The notes beneath the pieces were generated by a model. That model searched no databases and was not told the DNA's origin. It worked only from the letters and a program-made list of their open reading frames with translations. 64,000 nucleotides of DNA from an uncultured Thermoplasmata archaeon (GTDB taxonomy: Archaea; Thermoplasmatota; Thermoplasmata; RBG-16-68-12): NCBI GenBank assembly GCA_963768855.1, contig CAVYJM010000011.1, forward strand, positions 1 to 64,000, written 5' to 3'. Positions 9,341 through 19,811 of this stretch are shown here, one piece after another. Within the stretch, counting starts at the first letter, position 1, and each line of letters starts with the position of its first letter. The translations under genes were made by a program, and so were the position numbers.

Positions 9341-12300
9341 TCAGTCGTCGATGTCCTCGACCTTTTCGGGCTCGGGCTTCTTCACCTTCTGTTCGAGATG
9401 GACGCGCTGGAGCGGGCCCGGAGCCCACCAGTTGCTCTTCCCTGCGAGCACCATGATCGCGGGAACGAGGTAGATGCGCACGACCATCGAGTCCAGGAGG
9501 ATGGCGAACGCGAGGGCGAAACCGATCTCCTGTAGGAATGGGGAAGGGTTCAGCATCAGGGTGGCGAAGGCACCGGCCATGACGATGCCGCAGGCGGAAA
9601 TGATGCCGCCCGTGCGGGTCGTCGCATCGGCGATCGCCTCGGAGTCCTGCTTCCCATGAGAGACCTCTTCGCGGATGCGCGTGATGATGAAGATGTCGTA
9701 GTCCATCCCGAGTCCCATCGCCATCACGAAAAGCGCGAGCGGCAGGATGAAGATGATATCGTAGCCCTTCCACACGTGGAAGACGAGGATGGTCAGCGCG
9801 AGCGTCCAGCACACGCTGAGGAGGATCGTCAGGATCGCGCGGATGGGGATGAGCACGGACCCGAGCACGAAAAGCAGGACGACGAACAGGCCCGTGATGA
9901 CCACGAGGGCCATGATGCTCAGGTCGCGGTTCATGTTCGAACGGACGTCGCTGAGGACGGGAGTGACCCCGCCGAGGTAGATCTGGCTGGATCCGAGGAG
10001 GGGCTCGGATCTCTGGATCGTCAGGACATCCGTCCGGACGCGGTCCACTGTGTTGATTGCCGCGACCGAGAACGGCGCGTCCGTGAAGACGAGCGTGACC
10101 CGGACCGTGCGGGTGTCGTTCCCGACGTACGGCGCGATCTCTTTGTCCACCAGCGACCGCTCCGACTCCGACATCGAGGCGATGTTGACGTAGTCCACGG
10201 CGCTGCCCTGCGGGTTCGTAGGTCCTTCCGTGCTCTTGAGGCCGGGCTCCATCGCGAGGAGCCGGGCGGAGAGGTTGGCGACCGCGTCCATCTCCGGGAC
10301 GGACACGTTGCCGTCGGGTAACAGGATCGGATCGGGGAAACGGACGAGGATGTAGGACGGGTACACGACCCCGTAGCCGAACGCCTGGCTGATCGCGTCG
10401 ATCCCTTGGCTCGATTCCGTGGTCGGCGACCCTTGCGTGAAGTCGTAGGTGGGCTGGTCCGTGAGGACGACGTACAGGGCCGGCAGGGTGATCAGGATCG
10501 CCGCGACGAGGAGGACCTTCGCGCGCTTCATCGAGCCGGTCGCGGCGCGGTGGAAGTAGCGCTCCGTCCGGGTGAGCTTGTTCTTCGGCCGAGGTTTGGC
10601 CACCTCCTTCCCGGAGGGCCAGAAGATACGCTTGTTCAGCAGGCTCACGGCGGCCGGGATGAAGGTGAGGGAGATGCCGAGGGCGATGGTCACCGCGAAG
10701 CCGAGCGTCAGACCGAGCGTGCGCATGAGGGGGAAGGAGCCCAAGGAGAGCGCAGCGAAGGAGATGAGCACCGCACCACCGCTCGTGGCGACGGACTCCC
10801 CCGCCCAGATCACAGCGTTGCGGACGGCCTCGCTGTGCTCGTGCCCGGTGTGGATTTCGTCCCGGTATCGGGAGACGAGGAAGATGCTGTAGTCCGTCCC
10901 CACGGCCAGGATGACCGTCTCGAGGATCGCCGTCACGGTGAAGTCGATGTTGAACAGGTAGACCGCGACGAGATAGACGAAGAGGTTCGCGATGAAGATC
11001 GCGATCCCGATCGTGAGCAACGGGAACGCGGGGGCGACCGCAGAACGGAAGTAGAGCCCGAGGAGAATGATCACCAGGACGACGGTCACGATTAGTTCGG
11101 AGCCGCCCCCGAAGATGTGTTCCTGATCGATGCTGATCGGAGCGCTTCCCGTGACGTAGATCTGCGCCTGGGCGCCGTACGCCATCTTGAGTCGTGCGAG
11201 GATGTCCCGCAGGGCGGCAACGGCGTCCGCCACGGGCTGTGCCTTGTTCGCGTCGGTGTACCGTGCGTCCTTCGTGAACGCGTAGTTGACGAGCTCGATC
11301 CGGTGGTCGTCGCTGATGAAGAACTTGGTGACGTTGAACGGTGGGGTCAGCGGGGTCTCGATCACGCCGTACTTCAGGACTTCCGCCTCGGAGAAGGCGC
11401 GGAGCTCTGAATCCGTGGCGTTCGCGGCGACCTGGGTGTACAGATCCTGGAAGAAGGGGAGTCCCGCGACGCCCGCGGGGAGGAACACGGAGAGGGCCGT
11501 GTCACGCACGAGGGATGCGTTCTGGAAGTTCACGAAGTCAAACGTCGAGAGCAGGCCGAGCTGGTAGGCCTTCTGCGAGGCGTCGAACAGGCTCGTCGCG
11601 TTGAGGAAGGCGGGCACGGCTTGCTCCAAGGCGAACGTCGCCCGGTCTTGGGGCGCCAGCGTGGGCGAGAGCGCGAACGATCCCCGCCACGCAGGATAGA
11701 AGGCCGTCAGGTAGCCGAGCGCCCAGGGAGCCGCGGCCGCGGGGAACGTGGCGTTCACGTAGTCCGAGGTGGCTTGGAAGGCGGTCTGGTTCGCGGAGAC
11801 CCCCGGCGTCTGAATCCATGTGCCGACGAAGTACAGGGGGACGCCCCAGTAGATGCCGGCGGCAGATTGCGTGAACTCGACCTGGAGGTGGACGAGGCCG
11901 TCGAACCGGGAGGCCAGGGTGTACGCGTACGCCTCGTAGATGCCGTACACCGAGGCGTTCGAGGGGTCCGAGAGCAACTGAATCGGCTGGCTCAACGTCA
12001 GGTTCCCGCCGATCCGCAACGGAAGGGTGGCGTTCTGCCCCGGGCCTAGGCTCGAGGACTCAATCACCGCGCGCTGCAGATCGGAGACGAACCAGCGGTA
12101 GAACTCGGTCGTCGTGTCATTCGCGACGATCACGACCGTCGCGGTACTGTTCGCAAGAGCGCCCGGAAACTGGCTGTCGATGATCCCTTGAGCCACGGAC
12201 GATTCCGTGTCCTTCGGGAGGAGCTCCGTCTGGTTGTAGGAGACCACGTTGGCGACCGGCCAGATCTGGTTCGCGACCAAGGCTCCGGCGAAGACGAGGA

Positions 12301-12391
12301 CCCAGAGGAGCACGAGGAGCCGGTAGTGCTTCGTGACGAGGTTCCCGATCCAGCGGAAGATTGCGTAACCTTCCTCGGACGATCTCCTCAT
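9341..12391 (-). CDS. MMPL/RND family transporter
   Basis: 1016 aa, two TM bundles with AVGTDYSIFLVSRY and GLGMDYDIFIITRI motifs. Confidence 0.93.
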   Translation of the reverse strand: MRRSSEEGYAIFRWIGNLVTKHYRLLVLLWVLVFAGALVANQIWPVANVVSYNQTELLPKDTESSVAQGIIDSQFPGALANSTATVVIVANDTTTEFYRWFVSDLQRAVIESSSLGPGQNATLPLRIGGNLTLSQPIQLLSDPSNASVYGIYEAYAYTLASRFDGLVHLQVEFTQSAAGIYWGVPLYFVGTWIQTPGVSANQTAFQATSDYVNATFPAAAAPWALGYLTAFYPAWRGSFALSPTLAPQDRATFALEQAVPAFLNATSLFDASQKAYQLGLLSTFDFVNFQNASLVRDTALSVFLPAGVAGLPFFQDLYTQVAANATDSELRAFSEAEVLKYGVIETPLTPPFNVTKFFISDDHRIELVNYAFTKDARYTDANKAQPVADAVAALRDILARLKMAYGAQAQIYVTGSAPISIDQEHIFGGGSELIVTVVLVIILLGLYFRSAVAPAFPLLTIGIAIFIANLFVYLVAVYLFNIDFTVTAILETVILAVGTDYSIFLVSRYRDEIHTGHEHSEAVRNAVIWAGESVATSGGAVLISFAALSLGSFPLMRTLGLTLGFAVTIALGISLTFIPAAVSLLNKRIFWPSGKEVAKPRPKNKLTRTERYFHRAATGSMKRAKVLLVAAILITLPALYVVLTDQPTYDFTQGSPTTESSQGIDAISQAFGYGVVYPSYILVRFPDPILLPDGNVSVPEMDAVANLSARLLAMEPGLKSTEGPTNPQGSAVDYVNIASMSESERSLVDKEIAPYVGNDTRTVRVTLVFTDAPFSVAAINTVDRVRTDVLTIQRSEPLLGSSQIYLGGVTPVLSDVRSNMNRDLSIMALVVITGLFVVLLFVLGSVLIPIRAILTILLSVCWTLALTILVFHVWKGYDIIFILPLALFVMAMGLGMDYDIFIITRIREEVSHGKQDSEAIADATTRTGGIISACGIVMAGAFATLMLNPSPFLQEIGFALAFAILLDSMVVRIYLVPAIMVLAGKSNWWAPGPLQRVHLEQKVKKPEPEKVEDIDD

Positions 12392-12426
12392 GGCGGTCTT
12401 CCCTCCGGGCCTTCCGCCCGTCTAGG

Positions 12427-13512
12427 TCACACGGTCAATCGGCCTGCATCTACGACCGTCTTCTTTCCGATTCGGACCGTGGCTTGGCTCAGTCGCGCTG
12501 CGAAGGAGAAGGACGATTGGTTCTTACCGCCCCATTCAGTATTGTCGCCGATGGAGATCTCGACGGCTCCCGCGACCAGATCGTCTTGGAGGAAGCCGTA
12601 CTTCGCGGCGGGGTTGATCCCGATGCTGATGGCGCCCAGACGGTCCTTCGCTCCCGTCGCCTTCTCCCAGGACGCGCGGATTGCCTCTGCGCCGCTCGTC
12701 GCGTCCCACGAGGCTTTCCCGCCGGCGAAGTCGAACCGCACGCCTCGGGACATCGTCCCCAGGTACGGCGTCGGCAGGTCGGCGACGACCGTTCCCTCGG
12801 CCGACCCTTCGCCCGGGGCGACATAGGAGGATCCAGGTGGCACGCCGGTCATGAACTCGCCCGCCTTCAGGTCGGCGCCATCCACGATGCCATCGTCGCA
12901 CCGCGCCGGGCGACCTTTGAGGCGGAAGGTGAGATGGGTGCCGTTCGGATGGCGGACCTCGACGTCCGCATCGGCGGAGAGCTGCTTGGCGAGGCGCTGA
13001 CCGCGGCGCGAGACGGCAGCGAAGTCCACGCTCCCGGCGCCGACGACCATCGCGTGCCAGGGATCGTAGTCGAACCCGTAGGCTTGGGCGCGTTCCGGGG
13101 ACACGTAGCCCAGGAGGACCCGCGCTCCCCGGAGACCCGACTTGCGGCCGCGGCGATACCAGTCCGAGTTGTAGCGGGTAGCGGCGCCCATCTTGGCCAT
13201 GTTCTTCCGGTAGCGGGCGATGTCCGCAGGTCCGGGGAAGAAGATGTACGCGTCCGCGTCCTCGAGGGCCGACCACTCCGGCTTGGAGACATGACCCAGC
13301 TTCGTGGCCGGGAGCGTCTCGACGGACTGCCAATAGGTAGCCTCGTCTTCGAACAGGAACATGGGTCGGGCGCCGGCGGCTCGTAGCTGGTAGATGATTT
13401 CCCGCGCCGGATCGAGTCCGTGGCTCCAGCACTCGACAATCACGTTCTCCTTAGGCTGGATCCGCAGGGATTTGCGGATGATGTTCTTGGCGAGGGCTTC
13501 GTACTCGGACAT
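12427..13512 (-). CDS. M29 (aminopeptidase T-like) family protein with degenerate metal ligands
   Basis: IQPKENVIVE, HPNGTHLTF and IGINP motifs; ligand positions substituted. Confidence 0.75.
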   Translation of the reverse strand: MSEYEALAKNIIRKSLRIQPKENVIVECWSHGLDPAREIIYQLRAAGARPMFLFEDEATYWQSVETLPATKLGHVSKPEWSALEDADAYIFFPGPADIARYRKNMAKMGAATRYNSDWYRRGRKSGLRGARVLLGYVSPERAQAYGFDYDPWHAMVVGAGSVDFAAVSRRGQRLAKQLSADADVEVRHPNGTHLTFRLKGRPARCDDGIVDGADLKAGEFMTGVPPGSSYVAPGEGSAEGTVVADLPTPYLGTMSRGVRFDFAGGKASWDATSGAEAIRASWEKATGAKDRLGAISIGINPAAKYGFLQDDLVAGAVEISIGDNTEWGGKNQSSFSFAARLSQATVRIGKKTVVDAGRLTV

Positions 13513-13622
13513 GATCTCCACCCGACGTGGGGCGCTCGAACGGCCTCTCCGGATAAATAGGTACGCCATGAGGGGGAAGAAGGACCTAATTACCCGCTCT
13601 CCATCTCGGGTCCCGGGGGTCG

Positions 13623-15665
13623 GTGGAGATGGGGGACGGCGGATTCAGCTCTGGAGAGCGGCAGACGCTGCGCGCCTTGTGCGACACCCTCGTGCCCCGC
13701 GTTCCGGGCGTCCCCGATCCGGACGGCCTGTTCGGGCGCGCCGCCACGGATATCCAGGTGGACGAGGACATCGTCCGCATCGTGGGAGACTACCTCGCCC
13801 CGGAGCAGCGGGACGACTTCCGCCGCCTCCTGAGGACGGTCGAGAGCCCGCTGCTGAACTTCGTCCTGACCGGTCGTCCGGCGCGGTTCTCGCGGCTCTC
13901 GCCGGAGGCTCGCGAGCGATACCTGCTCGGATGGGCCCACAGCCGTCTCCCGGTCAAGCGGCAGGGCTTCCATGCGGTGAAGCGCCTCACCGAGTTCCTT
14001 TTCTACGCGAAGCTCACGGACGGCCTCCGAAACCCGAACTGGGCCGGGACCGGGTACGACGGCCCGGATGATGCCGAGCGCGCCCGCTACCACCACCCCG
14101 AGGACCTGAGGATTGTGCCCTTCGTCCCGCAGCGGGAAACGACGCTCCAGGCCGACGTCTGCGTCGTCGGCAGCGGGGCCGGCGGTGGAGCCATCGCCGC
14201 AAAGCTCGCCCAGGCGGGCCACAAGGTCGTCGTCCTCGAGGCCGGATCCTGCCGCACCCCCGACGACTTCACGCAACGCGAGGCCGACGCCTACGACACG
14301 ATGTTCCAGGGACACGGCGTGCTGACGACGAAGGACCTCGCCTTCGGCGTCCTCGCGGGGCAAACTGCCGGGGGGAGCACGACGATCAACTGGATGATCG
14401 CCCTCAAGCCCCCGACGTGGGCGAGGCAGGAATGGGAACGGGACGCGGGCATGGAGGGCGTGGCCGGTCCTGGGTTCGACGCCCTGATCGATGAGGTCTG
14501 GCAGCGCGTCCACGCGACCCAGGAGGAGAGCCAGGTCAATCCGTGCAACGACGTGCTGCGCCGCGGGAGCGAGGCCCTCGGATACAAGCAGGGCGTCGAC
14601 TACGACATCCTATATCGGAATGCGAAGGGCTGCCAGGGGCGTTGCGAGTTCTGCTTCTTCGGATGCATCTACAACGCGAAGCAGTCGACCCTGGTGACCT
14701 ACCTGCCGGACGCCTTCCACGCCGGTGCGCGCTTCCTGTTCGACACGAAGGCCGAGCACATCGTCGCGGACGGCGGCATGGCGAAGGGAGTCGACGCGAC
14801 TTTTCGCGCCGAGGGGCGCGAGGTGCCGGTCCACGTGAGGGCGAGGCACGTGGTCGTCGCGGGGAGCGCCCTCCAAACGCCCGCCCTGCTCCTGCGCTCG
14901 GGCATCCGGTTCCCGGGCGTCGGCTTCGGCCTGCGGTTCGATCCCACGACGGCCCTGTTCGGCGAGTTCCCCGACCCCATCCGATTCTGGAAGGGGCCCA
15001 TGCAGACCGTTGTGGTGACGCGCTTCCAGGATTCGGACGAGGGCCACCACGGACCCTGGCTCGAGGTGGCGCCCGCCCATCCCGGCCTGGCGGCCCTCGC
15101 GCTCCCCTGGAGGGGCGGACGGGCCCACAAGGAGTACATGGCCAACCTCGCGCGTTCGGCCAACACGATCGTCCTCGTCCGCGACTGGACCGAGGGCCGG
15201 GTCACGATTGACGCCCGCGGCGAGCCCGTCTTCGATTACCGGCTGGACCCACGGGACCGCCGGAACCTGAGTCGGGGCCTCCAGGAGGCGGCGCGAATCC
15301 AGCGCGCCGCGGGCGCCTTGCGCCTCTCCACGCTGCACATGGAAGGGCTGAGCGTCGGTGACGGGAGCTCCCCGATCCGGGACGCCGACTTCGACCGATT
15401 TCTGGATGGCGTCGGGCGGGCCAGCGTGGGCGAGAACCGCCTCGCCCTGTTTACGGCGCATCCCATGGGCTCCGCGCGCGCAGGGCGGGATCCGCGGACC
15501 TCCGCAGCGAATCCGACCGGCGAGTGCCACGAGGTCCAGAATCTCTGGATCGGGGACGGCAGTCTCTTCCCGACGGCGCCAGGCGTGAACCCCATGATCT
15601 CGATTATGAGTGTGGCCCTCCGGACCGCCGGGTTCATCCGTGCGAGGCTCGCGAGCGCCGGCTGA
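13623..15665 (+). CDS. GMC family oxidoreductase (long-chain alcohol oxidase-like)
   Basis: VCVVGSGAGG, GGSTTINW, AHPMGSAR, DGSLFPTAPGVNPMISI. Confidence 0.9.
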   Translation: MEMGDGGFSSGERQTLRALCDTLVPRVPGVPDPDGLFGRAATDIQVDEDIVRIVGDYLAPEQRDDFRRLLRTVESPLLNFVLTGRPARFSRLSPEARERYLLGWAHSRLPVKRQGFHAVKRLTEFLFYAKLTDGLRNPNWAGTGYDGPDDAERARYHHPEDLRIVPFVPQRETTLQADVCVVGSGAGGGAIAAKLAQAGHKVVVLEAGSCRTPDDFTQREADAYDTMFQGHGVLTTKDLAFGVLAGQTAGGSTTINWMIALKPPTWARQEWERDAGMEGVAGPGFDALIDEVWQRVHATQEESQVNPCNDVLRRGSEALGYKQGVDYDILYRNAKGCQGRCEFCFFGCIYNAKQSTLVTYLPDAFHAGARFLFDTKAEHIVADGGMAKGVDATFRAEGREVPVHVRARHVVVAGSALQTPALLLRSGIRFPGVGFGLRFDPTTALFGEFPDPIRFWKGPMQTVVVTRFQDSDEGHHGPWLEVAPAHPGLAALALPWRGGRAHKEYMANLARSANTIVLVRDWTEGRVTIDARGEPVFDYRLDPRDRRNLSRGLQEAARIQRAAGALRLSTLHMEGLSVGDGSSPIRDADFDRFLDGVGRASVGENRLALFTAHPMGSARAGRDPRTSAANPTGECHEVQNLWIGDGSLFPTAPGVNPMISIMSVALRTAGFIRARLASAG

Positions 15666-16170
15666 GTGCGCGCCGACCCTCGATCCAGACCTGGATGGCT
15701 CCCCCACCGAGTACAATCGAGGGCGCAGCGAGGAGGGAGCCGAGGAGCAGAAGTCGAGCCCAGGGTGGGACGGGCACGGCTTGCCAGTCCATCGCCAGTG
15801 CGATCAAGAAGAACAGCCCCATCCAGACCATCGTTCCCATCAGGAGGAGTGCGGCGCGGTGGCGCGCGCCTTCGAGGGCAGTCTGCCTTCCCGGACTGTG
15901 GCGGGTCCACCAAGCGATGCCGAACACGGCCGGGATGGCCCCCGCATACGAACCCAGGACAGGATACGGGTCAGGTGCCAAGACCAATCCGAAGGTGTTG
16001 GTCTTCGGACACAGGTAGCCGGTTCCGCCGCTCGGGATCCCGGAGATCTGACCCATGATGGCGAGCCAACCCGTGACAAACGGGATTCCAACTGCAAGAA
16101 GCCAGGTTCCGCTGATCACCAGCACGAGGCCGACCGCGAGACGCAGGCGATTCCTAAAGCCTCCACGCAT
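15634..16170 (-). CDS. Hypothetical membrane protein
   Basis: Four hydrophobic segments; fills the gap between GMC and FAD oxidoreductase genes. Confidence 0.5.
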   Translation of the reverse strand: MRGGFRNRLRLAVGLVLVISGTWLLAVGIPFVTGWLAIMGQISGIPSGGTGYLCPKTNTFGLVLAPDPYPVLGSYAGAIPAVFGIAWWTRHSPGRQTALEGARHRAALLLMGTMVWMGLFFLIALAMDWQAVPVPPWARLLLLGSLLAAPSIVLGGGAIQVWIEGRRALSRRSRASHG

Positions 16171-16247
16171 CCAAGACGTCTATGGACCCCGGATGCGTGA
16201 GCCTTCCGGAGCCGTTCGCAGGCATTCCTCGAGGGGAGTGCCGCGCC

Positions 16248-17420
16248 TCACGGCCCGCTGAGCCAGAGGCCCGCGCCCTTCACGGAGTCCTGGCCGTGGA
16301 AACGGTCGTATGCCAGGCCGGAAACGTCGATCGTCCTCGACTCGCCGCGGACGATCATCTCCGCAAGGGCGAGTCCGACGCCGGGGCTGATCATCACCCC
16401 GTATCCGGACATCCCGTTCGCTAGGTAGAGTCCGGCCGCCTCCCGAACGGGTCCCAGGATCGGGAGCTGGTCCGGAGTGAAGGTCACGACGCCCGACCAT
16501 GCGTTCGCGATGGAGGTCTCCGCGAGCTTCGGGACGCGGTGCACCGCAGCCTCGACGGCGCGGGTCTTGAACTCCCAGTCCGTCTCGGGGTTCGCAAGCT
16601 CCGATTCCCGGGCCGGGTCATCTTCCACGAGTCCGAGGACGAATCCCCCGTCGAGTTCTTGGCGGAAATAGAAGCGGCCTGGGAGGTCGATGTACATGGG
16701 TCGGTCGTTCGGGATGGCCGGGTGGGGGGAAGTCACGAAGATCTGCCGCTGCCACCGGGCGATGGGGAGCATGATGCCCAGCGGCCGGAGGAGCTCGTTG
16801 CACCACGGCCCGGTCGCGTTCACGACCACGGGCGCGCGGATGTCCCCCTGAGCCGTGCGTACTCCCTGGACGCGCCCGTCTTGGACCCGGATGCCCTCCA
16901 CGGGGGTCTTCGTCTGGATCGTCGCCCCGAGCCGCTGGGCGGCGGCCGCGTATCCGCTTGCCACGCTGTGCGGGTCGCAGAAGCCGGCGTCCTCGGACAG
17001 GAGGCCCCGGGTCACATCGTCCGTGCGGAGCTCCGGGAACGCCTCTGCGATCTCTTCCGGGTTCACGAGGCGCACGCGAATCCCGTATCGGCGCCCCATT
17101 GCGACCGCACGGGCCAGGTGCTCCTCCTGCGACCGGTCCGCCACGGTCTCCAGATACCGCCTCCGGTGGAAGTCCGCGGTTCCCCCGGTGAGTTCGGAGA
17201 AGCGGGTGAATTCCTCGTAGCCGTGCTTCGCGAGCGCGACGTCCACGTCGAGCGCGTAGTTCGTCTCGATCAGGCCGACACTGCGTCCCGTCGAGCCCGC
17301 GGCAAGGTGCGACTGCTCGAGGAGGATGATGTCCTGCATTCCGAGCTTCGCAAGATGAAAGGCGACGCTCGTCCCGATGACGCCCCCGCCAACGATGACC
17401 GCCTCGGCCTGCGGCTCCAT
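16248..17420 (-). CDS. FAD-dependent oxidoreductase (DAO/sarcosine oxidase beta family)
   Basis: VIVGGGVIG, GSTGRSVG, TPDQLPILG, GMSGYG. Confidence 0.9.
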   Translation of the reverse strand: MEPQAEAVIVGGGVIGTSVAFHLAKLGMQDIILLEQSHLAAGSTGRSVGLIETNYALDVDVALAKHGYEEFTRFSELTGGTADFHRRRYLETVADRSQEEHLARAVAMGRRYGIRVRLVNPEEIAEAFPELRTDDVTRGLLSEDAGFCDPHSVASGYAAAAQRLGATIQTKTPVEGIRVQDGRVQGVRTAQGDIRAPVVVNATGPWCNELLRPLGIMLPIARWQRQIFVTSPHPAIPNDRPMYIDLPGRFYFRQELDGGFVLGLVEDDPARESELANPETDWEFKTRAVEAAVHRVPKLAETSIANAWSGVVTFTPDQLPILGPVREAAGLYLANGMSGYGVMISPGVGLALAEMIVRGESRTIDVSGLAYDRFHGQDSVKGAGLWLSGP

Positions 17421-17496
17421 CCGGCCTCAGGAAGCCGCCACGCGGCAAGAAGATTCCCTTCGGCCCACAGGGTGAGGGCCGCCGGGAGCGCCGCGT

Positions 17497-18630
17497 TCAC
17501 ACGCGGCCCGCGGGGACCAGTACCCAGTAGACCCGGTTCAGGAACCGCTTGCCCATCCAGTCCTTGAGGCCGAGGGGCGGCGGGACAGGCGGGTGCTCGT
17601 AGTCGAACGACATGCTGATGCCCTTGTGGTAACCCGCGTCGCAGTAGCACATCACATGCCCGTCGTATCGTGCGGTCGCCGGCTCGCCTCGGATGTCCGC
17701 AACGAGCGACTCGGCGATCACCTTGGCCTGGAAGTGTGCGGCCGCCCCGCTCTTGGACACGGGGACGTCCGTGCAGTCGCCGAGGGCGAAGATGTCCGCA
17801 TGGGCCTTCGTGCGGAGCGTGAATTTGTCGGTCGGGAGCCAGCCGCCGCGGTCCCCGAGGGCGCTGTCCTCGACGACCTTCGCGCCGCGGTGCGGGGGCA
17901 CCATGATGAGCAGGTCGTAGGGGATCGACTCTCCCTCGATCGAGTTCACCGTCTTCTTTTCCTGGTCGATCGACTCTGTGTTGAAGAAGATCGTCGAGCG
18001 GATGTTGTGCTTCGCGAAGACCTGCTCCACGACCGGGTTCACGGGTTCCAGGGGGAAGACCCGGGAGAGCGGGGAGAGGAAGTGGATGTCGACCTTGTCG
18101 CGGATGCCACGCTTCGTGAAGTAGTAGTCGAGCTGGCACGCGGCCTCCGACGGCGCGGGAGGGCACTTGTACGGGACGCTGGCCACCGTCACGACGACCT
18201 TCCCGCCCTGGAATGCCTCGAGGGCCTTCCGGAGCTCGACTGCCCCTTCCAGGCTGTAGAAGTGGTGGGCCGCTTCTTTGTAACCCGGGAGCTCGTCGGG
18301 TGTGAGGCGCGCGCCGAGCGCGACGACGAGCCGGTCGTAATCCAGGACGGTCCCGTCCGCGAGATGGACCTTCTTGCCCTCCGCGTCGATCTTCACGGCC
18401 TCGCCAAGGACGAGCTTCACGCGCTTCCTGAGAAGCTTCCTCTCGTCGCGGACGAGCCGCTTGGGCTTCTGGTGCTCGAAGGCGACGTAGACGAAGCCCG
18501 GTTGGTACACGTGCTTCCCGGTCAGGTCCACGACCGTGATCTCGGCTTCATCCGGGCGGAGCTTCTTCGCGAGCAGGTTGGCGACAATCGTGCCGCCGAC
18601 CCCGCCTCCCAGAATCACGACCTTCTTCAT
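17497..18630 (-). CDS. Sulfide:quinone oxidoreductase-like flavoprotein
   Basis: VILGGGVGG, YKCPPAPSE, ALGDC, GHVMCY; clustered with tusA/dsrE. Confidence 0.82.
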   Translation of the reverse strand: MKKVVILGGGVGGTIVANLLAKKLRPDEAEITVVDLTGKHVYQPGFVYVAFEHQKPKRLVRDERKLLRKRVKLVLGEAVKIDAEGKKVHLADGTVLDYDRLVVALGARLTPDELPGYKEAAHHFYSLEGAVELRKALEAFQGGKVVVTVASVPYKCPPAPSEAACQLDYYFTKRGIRDKVDIHFLSPLSRVFPLEPVNPVVEQVFAKHNIRSTIFFNTESIDQEKKTVNSIEGESIPYDLLIMVPPHRGAKVVEDSALGDRGGWLPTDKFTLRTKAHADIFALGDCTDVPVSKSGAAAHFQAKVIAESLVADIRGEPATARYDGHVMCYCDAGYHKGISMSFDYEHPPVPPPLGLKDWMGKRFLNRVYWVLVPAGRV

Positions 18631-18656
18631 CCCTGGCACACTCCCTCTTCCCGCGC

Positions 18657-18899
18657 TCACTTGAGCTTCTTCACGATGAACCGTGCGTAGTCGGTTTCCT
18701 CGACGACGCCGATCAGCTGGTGGCCGGCCTTCTGAACCCAGAAGGGGATGTCCTTTTTGGACCCCTGGTCCCCGGACCAGACCTCGAGCTCCTCGCCGAC
18801 CTTCGCCTGCTTGATCCCGCGGATGAGCTCCATCAGCGGGCCAGGGCAGAAGGAGCCGCGGGCGTCGAGGATGATCCGCTGGCCTGCGGATGCCGCCAT
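18657..18899 (-). CDS. tusA: TusA family sulfurtransferase
   Basis: LDARGSFCPGPL motif; DIPFWV. Confidence 0.9.
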   Translation of the reverse strand: MAASAGQRIILDARGSFCPGPLMELIRGIKQAKVGEELEVWSGDQGSKKDIPFWVQKAGHQLIGVVEETDYARFIVKKLK

Positions 18900-18912
18900 C
18901 GTCACGACCTCC

Positions 18913-19329
18913 TCACAGGAAGAGCGTAATGCCGCCCTCGGACGCTTTGCTCAGGAATTCCGTCACGCCAATCACGTCGTCGACGATCGGGTCCAGATCT
19001 TCCTTCTTCATGTCCATGAGGTCGTACGTCGTCGCGCAGGCGTGGATCTTGATGTTGCCCATCTCCTTCGCCTGGCGCAGCATGTCGTACCACGAGGGCA
19101 TCTTCTTCGCCATCATGACCTTCATCATCATCGGTCCGATCTCCGGATAGTTGACGTCCATCTTCATGTTCTGCTGCGGCTGGCCCTTGCGGAACGCCTC
19201 CAAGCCGTAGAACGTCGCGAAGATTTCGACGTCCTTCCCGAGCGCCACGCCGCCGGAGGCCATGATCGCCACGGGGTACAGCTTGTCGACGGTGCCGCTG
19301 AAGACGACGAGCGACAGTCGGTCTGCCAT
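18913..19329 (-). CDS. DsrE/DsrF/DrsH-like protein
   Basis: FATFYGL, IHACATT, IGVTEFL. Confidence 0.88.
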   Translation of the reverse strand: MADRLSLVVFSGTVDKLYPVAIMASGGVALGKDVEIFATFYGLEAFRKGQPQQNMKMDVNYPEIGPMMMKVMMAKKMPSWYDMLRQAKEMGNIKIHACATTYDLMDMKKEDLDPIVDDVIGVTEFLSKASEGGITLFL

Positions 19330-19394
19330 GATTTACCACCTTGGTGTCTCTCTCCGCGGCGAACGATTAAGCCTCTGTCGAATGGACTGAACAT

Positions 19395-19415
19395 ACATGC
19401 ATGTGCATATATGCA
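19395..19415. promoter_or_regulatory. Overlapping palindromes ACATGCATGT and TGCATATATGCA; putative ArsR operator in the divergent promoter
   Basis: Two perfect palindromes (19395-19404, 19404-19415) between dsrE and arsR; operator role is inferred. Confidence 0.55.
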
Positions 19416-19454
19416 AAAGGGTGCAAGTACAGAGGCACGCATGAGTTTCTCATC

Positions 19455-19811
19455 ATGGAGCCTCCGGACGAGTCCTTCTACGAGATCAAGGCCAAGGTCA
19501 TCTCCGTCCTCGCGAATCCGAAGCGGCTCCAGATCGTCGAGCTCCTCGGCAAGTCCGAGCACACGGTGACCGAACTGTCTGCGGAACTCGAGATCGCACA
19601 GGCGACGACGTCCCAGCACCTCGCAGTGATGCGCAAGAGCGGGGTCGTGGAGACCCGGAAGGACGGCAATTTCGTGTACTACCGTCTCGCGGACCAGAAG
19701 ATCGCGGAAGCATGCGCGGTCATGAGCCGTGCGATCCTCGATCTCCTGATGAGTCAGCAAGAACGGCTCCGCCCGGTCCTGGCCGTGGCGCAGAAACACG
19801 GCGGTGGCTGA
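19455..19811 (+). CDS. ArsR/SmtB family regulator
   Basis: LANPKRLQIVELL...SQHLAVMRKSGVVETRKDGNFVYYRL; Cys in the last helix. Confidence 0.92.
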   Translation: MEPPDESFYEIKAKVISVLANPKRLQIVELLGKSEHTVTELSAELEIAQATTSQHLAVMRKSGVVETRKDGNFVYYRLADQKIAEACAVMSRAILDLLMSQQERLRPVLAVAQKHGGG

